DNA of 64,000 bases from Stegostoma tigrinum (Eukaryota), in assembly GCF_030684315.1 (NCBI RefSeq), contig NC_081371.1, positions 39,500,390 through 39,564,389 of the forward strand, written 5' to 3'. The notes below the pieces were generated by a model that made no database searches, was not told the DNA's origin, and saw nothing but the letters and a program-made list of their open reading frames with translations. A program made the position numbers and the translations under genes. Below, piece by piece: positions 55,000 to 64,000 of the stretch (position 1 is its first letter; each line of letters starts with the position of its first letter).

Positions 55000-56167
55000 A
55001 TCTGGCTTGTTATGATCTCTTGCATGGATTGGAAGAACTGCATCCATTCAGTATTTTTTCTTTTTGATTGATAATTTTCCTAAGAATTTTGGCTTATACT
55101 GTGGATTTTTTTCTTGGAACTTCACTAAATTTCCATCTACTGAATGCTGTCAGTCCATTTCACAGCTGATTGTTTTGAAACAGGATTTTTGGTCTGTAGC
55201 TGATAATCTTCTCTCAGTTTTGTTTCTTATGTTTAGGCCTTGCTTGATATTTCTTAAGTTAAACCCGGTTGTGCCTGTTGGTGCCCAGTTGAGCTTCAGC
55301 CAGTCGGCTCGTGCATGGTTTCATCATTAATCATAGCAAACAGTGTCCAGTATTGCATTAAGCGTTAAACCAAAGGCACAAGGTTTTGCCAGTGCTCTTA
55401 ACCTCAAAAATACTGATACAGATTCCACTGGTTCTTGAATTGTGAAGAAGAAATGATAGCCTTTCAGAATTAGAGGAGACTTGGGATTGTAATATTCCTT
55501 CACTGAATCCATCAACTCGTGAAAGGTTAGTATCTTGTTCCTCAGGGCAAGTTAGGCTCGCGATAACTGACAAAGCTGCAGGTCTACAAGCAATCAGAAG
55601 AGATTTCTGAAGAAGGGTCTAGGCCTGAAACATCTGCTTTCCTGCTCCTTTGATTTTGCTCGGTCTGCTGTGTTCATCGAGCTCTACACCTTGTTATCTC
55701 AGATTCTCCAGCAGCTGCAGTTCCTACTATCCCAGAAGAAAATTACTCAGTGCTTTTTGTCTGCCTCATATCATTTTGCCCAGAAAAACTTCAGTGCATT
55801 CATTCCTCATTCTGGACCTAGTCTTCAAGGGCAGGACCGACTGGGTCAAGCTTCCCAAATAACAGCATGATGCCAGAAATACCCCAATTCAAAGGCTATT
55901 GGTGCGAGTGAATTTCTACAGAAGCGTGCTTATCTCTCACTGCCAATGAACTAACTCCACAGAGGCAGTTGTCCCATTATCAATAAGTCACTATATTGAC
56001 ACATGGAAGGTTCTCGATTGTGATCCAGCTCTGAGGGAACAGAATGCCTGATACTCCTCATCTGTCAGCTAGGACTCCCTGATTGGGATTGTTAATCAGG
56101 TCCAATCGATTAACAGCTCCAATCAGGGAACTTGTATTCTGAAGAACACCTGGTTGACTTCATTACA
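55000..56167 (-). mobile_element. Gypsy-type LTR retrotransposon 5' remnant (LTR, PBS, gag)
   Basis: LTR TGTAATG...TTCA at 56167-55947; PBS-like TGGCAGTGAG; gag start M.LFGKLDP at 55868; YYNPKSPLI...RLRALAKPCAFG. Confidence 0.75.
55604..55732 (+). mobile_element. Penelope-like hammerhead element, family A, single arm inside gag
   Basis: CTGAAGA at 55607; flanked by a cagaaga repeat. Confidence 0.75.
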
Positions 56168-56606
56168 ATTTCTACACTCATACTCTAACCCTTTTGAAAT
56201 AAGGGTGCCAAAATTACATGTTATCATTCCTGATTTTGAGAGTGGCTGCTTTGTGGTCAAAGAGCTGCTGGTAGGTCTAAGTGTGGGCTTGCGTGAATAC
56301 TGGGATTTTTTGAGGCTGAACAGCAACAAGGTAAGAGCTTTTTAAAATCTATATCTACAAGTTGCTAAAGGGGCAGAGAGTTAATGGCCCAGTGGTATTA
56401 TCACTAAACTATTGATCCAGAAACTGAGCTAATGTTCTGGGGACCTCTGTTCAAATCCCGCCATGGCAGATGGAATTTGAGTTCAATAAAAGTGTTCAGA
56501 ATTAAGACTCTAGTGATGACCACATGCCATTGTCAAGAAAATCTCCCTGGTTCCTTTAAAGAAGCCAATTTGTCTGTCTTACCTGATCTGACCCACATGT
56601 GAGTTA

Positions 56607-56745
56607 AGGTTCTGAGGAAGGGTCACCTGACCTGAAACGTCAACTGATTTTTTTTCTTCACAGATGTTGCCAGACTTACTGAGCTTTTCCTGCAACTTCT
56701 GCTTTTATTCCTGATTTAGATCATCTGCAGTTCTTTTAGTTTTAA
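56607..56745 (+). mobile_element. Penelope-like hammerhead element, family B, inside a SINE
   Basis: ggtt-CTGAGGA-AG-GGTCA-CC-TGACC-T-GAAAC-GTC-aact. Confidence 0.68.
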
Positions 56746-56864
56746 TTTCACAACTGACTTCATGCCCACAGCAATGTGATTGACTCATAACTAAATTTTC
56801 ATTGGGGTGGGTAATAAGTTCAGGTCAAGCTATGGACATCCAAATCCCCGAGTGAATTTAAAAA

Positions 56865-57990
56865 GAAAATAGCAGTCAGTGGAGCAGGATGCTCCTCATA
56901 TCAGATTTTGGAGATCCAGGAGCAGTCAACTATCCCCCTGGTGACTGCAGGAAGTATAATCAGCTGCAGCTCCTCTCAGAGCATGTGGATTGGTTGGTAT
57001 AACAGTTGGATACACTGAGGAGCGTGCAGGAGGCAGAGTGTTATAGATAGGAGCTTCAGGGAGGTGGGCACACAGCACATTCACTCAGGTAGATAAGGAC
57101 CGCCAGAAGAGGTAGGCAGTCTTGTGTGGCTATCCCCCATTCAAACAAATATGCCATTTTGGATACTGAGGGGGGATGGGGGAAGAGCCTCTCAGAAAAA
57201 TAGTAGCAGCAGCTAGGTCTTTGGTACTGGGATGGACTGCAGGGTTTGGCAAATTCCAAGAGAGCAATTGTAATAGTGGACTCTTTAGTCAGGGCATACA
57301 AGTGTTTCTACGGTCACGAGTGAAACTCCAAGATGGTGTGTTGTGCACCTGATGTCAGGGTCAAGGATGCATCAGAGCAAATCGCATAACTAGGTCTGTA
57401 GGCATTGTTTTAAACTGAATAGCGGTAGGGAGGTGGGTTCAGTTGCATAGAAACTTAGAAAATCAAAGAGATAACTGAAATTTGGATAATAAAGTGTGGA
57501 GCTGGATAAACACAGCAGGCCAAGCAGCATCTTGGGACCACAAAAGTTGATGTTTCAGGCCTAGACCGCCTGAAATGTCAGCTTTTGTGCTCCTAAGATG
57601 CTGCTTCGCCTGCTGTGTTCATCTAGCTCCACACTTTGTTATCTCAGATTCTCCAGCATCTGCAGTTTCCATTATCACTAAAATTAGGATTGCAGGTTAA
57701 TGATGGGGCTGATGATCACCAGAAAATAAAAGGAAGGGTCATAATGTGTGAATGTCATATTGCACGCAGGAAGCATAACATGCAGACAATTTTAATATTA
57801 GAACTAACTTAAAGGCTTTGTATCTTAATGCACAAAGGATTTGGAATTTCATGGACAATTTGTAAAATTTCATTCCAATATACAGATGGAACTATGACCT
57901 AATACTGCCATGGGGAAGCAATGGTCTAGGTAATGTTCTGGGGACTGGAGTTTGTTGCATTTCTATTAAAGGAGATGGAATAAATGCGAC
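56865..57990 (+). mobile_element. Degenerate CR1 5' region (ORF1 and start of ORF2)
   Basis: QLQLL, AIPHSNKYAILDT and DSLVR remnants paralleling 8430-9550. Confidence 0.65.
57488..57676. mobile_element. Penelope-like element, family A, fold-back
   Basis: Inverted arms; flanks actgaaatttggat / actaaaattaggat. Confidence 0.78.
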
Positions 57991-58619
57991 AGCCCCATTC
58001 TCTTTACCTTCCTCCTTTTTACCTAAATTTTCAAAAATAGTGACAGATAAATAAATTTTCAGGTCACCACAACCATGCTTGTTCCAATTATTTCTTTTCC
58101 CGTCTAATTCTATATACCTGAGATCTAGTCAGGATACCAATGTTGCTCCCATCACTTATTATTTCCTTCCTGAGATTGCTAGTGTACTTAATAAAATGTT
58201 AATTAAACAAGAAAAAAATAAGCAAAATGATGGGAAAGATTTCATAACCAATATCATAATTGGAATCAAGCCTACATTACCCTTTTTATCCTAGCAATGT
58301 TCTTACAAACAACCAAATCACAATACCTCAATAACATGCTACAACTGTCCCATGCTAAGCACTTTCTTCAGGCTTTCATGGTTGCAGATTTCAGCAAATT
58401 TCTGTACATTCCCTAGATGCTATTTTTTCTCAGCTGGTACAACTCCATGAGACATGTAAGACAAATTGCAAAGTATATTACACACTGTTCCCTAAAATCA
58501 GTTTTCAGCAACTTATTCACAAGATTCTGCCTAGAAAGTTGAACTCTGCAGTAATCTCCTGGCACACCCCAAAACTGACTGATTTTTCTTCCTTGTTTTC
58601 CCTTTCTGTGGGATTAGCC

Positions 58620-58955
58620 CACTGTCATTCGGTAACACTACAATTCGGACTATGTAGCCCAGGTCAAACATAAACACACGTGGGAATTCGTAGTGGAATG
58701 GTTCTCAACCCATAATGCAATCAACAAACATATAGAATTGGACCCTATATAAAAATCCATACAGAACAGAACCAGAAATGACACAACTCACGTAACAGAG
58801 TGGACAGTATACATTCCAAGCAGAGTAGAACAACATTGATTCATCGATGATGTTACCTAGCATGGTGATGAAACGACTGGATGAAAATAAACCAGCTTGG
58901 CAAGCAATTTAACAACCTCACCCATAATCCAAGATACAAATCTTTGCAAAAATCT
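58620..58955 (+). mobile_element. Penelope-like retroelement 3' end (GIY-YIG C-terminus, decayed hammerhead)
   Basis: 58654-58752 reads VAQVKHKHTWEFVVEWFSTHNAINKHIELDPI. Followed by TCGATGA-T-GTTACC-tagcat-GGTGAT-GAAAC. Confidence 0.7.
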
Positions 58956-59624
58956 TAAACCAATAATATTATACTTCAATATGTTCTAATCACAGTTAAT
59001 TTATGAATATACAGTGTGCACATCCTTTGCAGATGTATGTCCTTTCTTGTGATGTAGATTTGAAACAGCTTTGTAAATGCAGCTTTGAATCATAGGTTGT
59101 AATTCATAAATATTTGCACAAGAGGGTACTGGTGAGCTAGCTTGCCAATTGTGACAGTGATCCAACCATGTCTCTTGTATTTGCATTTCATTGCTCTGAA
59201 ACTTATTTTCTTGTCAGATATCATTTAACTGTAATTTTTAAAAACAAAAACAATGGAGCTTAGAAAATATAACAATGTAGTGAAATCACTGGTAGTATGC
59301 ATTAAGACATAACCAGTTCTTGTGGCAATTTCAAATTTTTAAATGTAAAATCAATTTGGATAAAGTTTGCAAATGATCCTTTACCTTGGGTCACTGGGCT
59401 TGAAACTTTAATTCTGCTTTCTCTCCACAGAAGAGTTGCTTAATCACGAGGAGTAAATTGGATGAATCTGGCAATACCAAAGGAACTAACTGAGGCAATT
59501 ATGGAGTCATTGGTCACTACCTTTTAATCTTTCTTAGATATGGGGTGGTGCCAGAAAAAAATGGAAGAATAAGTTAATCAATTCCAGGCTGAAATAATTC
59601 CAAAGAGGCCACTATCCTATAATT

Positions 59625-59813
59625 AAGTTTCCCCTTTTATTTACTTGTGGAGAGTCTTTGATACTGATCCAGCTCCATCAGAACCAGTTCCGAGTGAACA
59701 GGATGTCTGACATCCTGTTTCAATCTGTCATCCAGGGCTCCCTGATTGACCAAGATTAACAGCCAATCAGGCAATTCATATTCGATGATGTCCACCTGGC
59801 TGACCTCCTTACA
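59625..59813 (-). mobile_element. Truncated LTR related to 55947-56167
   Basis: Starts TGTAAGGAGGTCAGCCAGGTG; shares cctgattgg..gctgttaatc and caatcagggag with the Gypsy LTR. Confidence 0.6.
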
Positions 59814-59839
59814 ATCACTTAACAGGCCAGTCAGTTTCA

Positions 59840-61292
59840 CTTCACAGATGGGAATATTTTATGATGTAATGATTTGGAACGCATGCCTCTGAGTGTGCCC
59901 AAATAAACATTGTCTGCATTTGCAGCCCAATGATTGATGTCGGGTGGTCTTGCTTTTGGATGTGAGGCAATGCAATTGAGCAGTTTCCCATTTGTCCTAT
60001 TGATTAAATCCACGCCAGCGGAAATCACAAGGAAATGGGATGGAGTGTTGTGGGAAGGACAATGGAAGGCCATTGCAGGGGAGCTGGGTCTCCAATCGTT
60101 GTAGCTGTCCCTGCTACTGGACAAAGATCCTGTTCTGCCAGCACCATGGAGCTGTTTTTATGCAATGCCCATTGCACAAGAAAAGAACCCATGAGCAGGC
60201 ACTTCCAGCCTTGTCAAAATGAGTCTAAAGGCCTGGAACAACAGGACTCTTGTGGGCAACAGTGACAGTCCCAAATGTCACACTGGAAGGAAATACTACA
60301 AGGATGTCCACATCACCTGGACCATGTCAACAACTGATACCTGCTGGGCCAACTAGCACTAATTTTGCCGACATTGTCCATCAGCCTAGCAATGGCATCT
60401 GAAGCACTCTTTAAGGCAGGTCAATGTCCTTGGACTCAAGGACTCTGCAAAAAAGACTGACTCAGTCAATATTTCACATTCAACCTGACAACACTAACTG
60501 AAGAGGAGCCAGGGAATTTTCATAGGGCATAGTCTATTCTTAAATACATCATAAACAGCATCTGTGAGGAGATATTGGGCTTCCGTACCAGGAAATATCA
60601 TTATGGTTTGATCAAATGACCAAGAGGTCCAGGAGCAATTAAATCACTAGTACCATGATGCTCCTGAATCAGAAACACCATTAAGGAAACACCATCTGCA
60701 ATAGAGAGAAAATAAGTGTTCAGACAAATAAAGCCTTAGATCCAACAAAAGTAGTGACGTTAAGAGCAGGTGGTGGGCAGATAGTTGCAGGAAGTCTATC
60801 ACTAACTGACAGACATGGGGATTCTTCAGTGTGGTCAAGAACACCAATGGCACAAGCATTCAAGGACCTGTTCTGAAGAGAGCTAAAAATGGAGGGGTTC
60901 ATTTGAAGTGGCATTTCAAGGATCTCCTCAACCAAGCCTTGGTCAATGAAGGTCACTGCAAACATTCTCCTTAACTGCCTCCTCCCAATGGCTGAGCACC
61001 ACCCCCTGCAGTCACAAAGCAGATACCATTGATCAAAAGGCATGGTGGACATGATCTTTGCACAAGGTAAATTTAGGAAAGGTGCAGAGAGAAGCACAAC
61101 TTTGGTACATGGTATTCTCTGACCTCATAAAGGCCTTTGACTCTTTCAACTGGAAAAGATTACAGAGAATTCTCCTTAAATTTGCTTGCTTATGGACCAC
61201 CTTCTTCCCCATCTGCTTCATGATGGCACACAATCTGTGATCCTCCACAAACCGATCCACCACAAATTCTATTCTATGTAAACTGGAATTCA
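59840..61292. mobile_element. RTE-clade LINE fragment with internal inversion
   Basis: Plus strand: YMVFSDLIKAFDS..W....ILLKF.C. Minus strand 59850-60022: AGVDLINRTNGKLLN..NADN. Confidence 0.7.
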
Positions 61293-61552
61293 ATTTTAGC
61301 TTTCAAAAGGGAATTGGATAGTTAACCAAAAAGGAATCATTTGTATGGTTATGGGAAAAAGGCGGGAAATGGAAATTGTCTTACGTGAGTTGCTCTTTCA
61401 AAACATGGCATGGACATGAAGAGCTGAATGGCCTCTTTCTGTTCTGTAGCATTTGTACTGATGCAATAGCGTAATTGTCAAGACATTAAATAACATAGAT
61501 CAGGAGCACTAACAAATTCTAACTCCAAAAATGAGTCTACTTAAAAAGAAAA

Positions 61553-62400
61553 GCATGAAATAGGGAACACAAGCTAATTCATGAAACATGTCAACTCTGC
61601 TAGACAGAAGTTAGCACTGAAAAAAAATTAGTACTGAAAGGAAGTCTTTTCTATATTTTCATGTGTAATATTGTGTATATGCTACTTTATGCATACCTGA
61701 AACACGGGTCTGAATCTGAAACATTTTCTTGTGCTTTCTCCTTCTCATTCTTGACACACCTGCTTTGCATACCAATATCCTTTTGGTTACATTTCAAAAT
61801 TCCAACATTTGCAGTTTTTCTCTTTGCAACTCAAGGTCATTTCCAGGGTCAGATTGTCACTTGTCGTCTCAGGAACCCCAGCAGCCACAAAGTCCTTTAG
61901 CATGGTCCGATATAATCCCTTTAACTTCAATTGATTAAATTTTAAAAATGAAAATTTAAATGAAATTGAAGGCTTGTGCACCACAGAACCTTTCTCACAT
62001 GTTGCTTTCAGTTGATAATATGTAAAAACAAGTATCATAAGTGAGCCTGAATTAAATTGTCACCAGAATCGATGTTAATTCCAACAATAAACTCAATTGC
62101 TATAAGTGTTTGCATTTTCATACAATATCTGGCTGGTGTGAGATTAATTGCTCCTACAGATGATCTAAAGTGTAACGTGATATGTAAAGTGCAGAAATGG
62201 TTGGACTTGTGTTCCCCACTCCACAAACCATGACTTCAACTGAACATGTGACTGCAAAGTACCCTACCCTGCATATACACAATATTACACATGAAAATAT
62301 AGAAAAGGCTCCTTTTCGGTGCTAATTTTCTTTCAGTGCTAACTTCACCCCTGTACAGTTGTCATTTTTCAGGAATTGTTTTTTGTTCCCTGTTTCATGC
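61553..62400. repeat. ~130-bp inverted repeat with 588-bp spacer
   Basis: 61553-61682 versus 62271-62400; the innermost 37 bp are a perfect reverse complement. Confidence 0.9.
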
Positions 62401-62589
62401 CATACTTTTAAACAAATCTTACATGTAGTCTGATTCAATCTATAAAATAGATGAACACAGGAGATAATGTTATGCTTCTGTTCATCATTATTGCATGCCT
62501 TTAAGGGATTAAAGTTGGTAATAATCATTATCCTATAAAATGCAGCACACAATGATTGCTCCCTCACCACTTAAGTCACCTTCATCACC

Positions 62590-63110
62590 CATTCCCGACC
62601 CTGTTGCTTAGAAGATCAAGATCAGAAGAATTGCGCAAAGATCATCATCTACAATGGTTACAAGAACAGGACAGAGGATGGTAATCCTGCAGCAAGTAAC
62701 TGAGTTCATGACTTGCATCCACAAGACAAAATTCAGGAGTGTGATGGAATACTGTCCACCTGCCCGGATGAGTACAGCTCCAACAGCATCTACTCCCTCC
62801 ACTACCGATGCTCAGTAGTTGCAGTGCGTGCTATCTACAAGTTGTGTTGCAAATATTCACAAAGGCTGTTTAAACAAACCCACAACCACTTCCACCTAGC
62901 CAAACGAAGAAAACAGATATGTGGGAACATCACCAACTACATGTTCTCCTCCAAGCCACTCACGATTCTGACGTGGAAAAATATCACCGTTCCTTTTGTC
63001 TGTGTCAAAATTCTGGATTTCCTCCCTAATAGCAACATGGGTCTACCTACAGAACATGGACTGCAATGGATCAAGAAAGCAGTTCACCACCACTTTCTCA
63101 GCAGCAGGTC
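62590..63110 (+). mobile_element. CR1-group LINE 3' fragment, different subfamily
   Basis: RSVMEYCPPA.MS.AP and SLHYRCSVVAV.AIYK remnants. Confidence 0.6.
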
Positions 63111-63421
63111 AGACTGCTCAACTGCGTCACACTTTTATTATGCGTGTTGCTGACAATATGATTAAAATCTGATAAGGTGTTTATTCAAGGACAGAAATTG
63201 GCATGGAGGAAATTTGCTAATGAGGGGAGGTTGAGAGGTGGGTGGGCTTGTACTCATTGGAGTTTAGAAGAATGAGAGATACCTTATTGAAACATCTATG
63301 ATTCTTAGGGAACTCCACAGAGTAGATGTGGAGAGGTTATTTACTCCTTTGGGAGAGTCTTGAACCAGAGGGCATAACCCCTGAATAATGGGTTACCTAT
63401 TTTAAACAGAGATTAGGAGGA

Positions 63422-63720
63422 CATAGTAGGAACTGCTGATGCTGGAGAATCTGAGATAACATGGTGTGAAGCTGGATGAAAACAACGGGCCAAGCAGCAT
63501 CAGAGGAGCAGGAAAGTTGACGTTTCAGGTCGAGACCCTTCTTCAGAAATGGTGGGGGGGAGGGGATTCTGAATCAGATTCAGATCCAGATTCCAATTCA
63601 GAATCCCCTTCCCCTCCCACATTTCTGAAGAAGGGTCTTGACCCGAAACGTCAACTTTCCTGCTCCTCTGATGCTGCTTGGCCTGCTGTGTTCATCCAGC
63701 TTCACATCGTGTTATATAAC
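63422..63720. mobile_element. Penelope-like element, family A, fold-back with a hammerhead core on each strand
   Basis: Plus core 63625-63652, minus core 63546-63519. Flanks agattaggagga / agattagtagga. Confidence 0.85.
63625..63652 (+). ncRNA. Putative minimal type I hammerhead ribozyme core
   Basis: CUGAAGA, extra A, stem II GGGUC/GACCC, GAAA, CGUC. Cleavage predicted after C63652. Activity untested. Confidence 0.55.
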
Positions 63721-63943
63721 AGATTAGTAGGAATTTCTTTTCTCAGTGGCTCGTGAATCTGTAGATTTCTTCACCACAGTGAGCTGCGTAGGCTTGCTCA
63801 TTAAGTACATTCAAGGCCGAGAAAGACACATTTTTAATCTATAATTGAATCAAGGGTTATGGGGAACATGCAGGATAGTGGGGTTGGGAATTATCACATC
63901 AACCACGATATCATTAAATGGTGAAGCAGACTAAACAATTGAA

Positions 63944-64000
63944 TGAGATAGTAAGAACTGCTGATGCTGGAGTCAGAGATAACAGTGTGGAGCTGGAGGA
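63944..64000 (-). mobile_element. Family A arm truncated by the window edge
   Basis: gagatagtaagaactgctgatgctggagtcagagataacagtgtggagctgg. Confidence 0.75.

Larger units (their letters stand above)
63185..63940 (+). mobile_element. CR1 3' fragment, host of a family A insertion
   Basis: GLYSLEFRRMR.LIET remnants and CR1 3' UTR continuing after 63721. Confidence 0.75.

Noticed and set aside
57990-64000. RASSF3 terminal exons expected from human synteny
   Set aside because: No SARAH/RA-domain-like translation seen in the parts I examined.

Overview
Vertebrate genomic DNA, most likely a cartilaginous fish (shark), inferred from its HE1-type V-SINEs, DeuSINEs and CR1 load. There are three host genes: the first two coding exons of TBC1D30 (minus strand, running off the left edge), a complete 14-exon GNS (plus, 21103-36150, 532 aa), and a complete RPS16 (plus, 5 coding exons plus a TCT/TOP non-coding first exon, 146 aa). 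The rest is mostly retroelements: a near full-length but disabled CR1 LINE (~8100-12302), many CR1, L2, Rex1, RTE and Tx1/L1 fragments, Gypsy LTR remains and SINEs. The most striking signal is about 18 short Penelope-like insertions and fragments from about 4 families, the better-preserved ones carrying a minimal hammerhead-ribozyme core (CUGANGA-stem II-GAAAC-GUH). Most larger copies sit between 10-18 bp target-site duplications, often as head-to-head fold-backs inverted at the ribozyme, and one core lies just behind a decayed Penelope GIY-YIG ORF end. Family names come from my recognition of motifs, not from database searches. Repeat boundaries are approximate.
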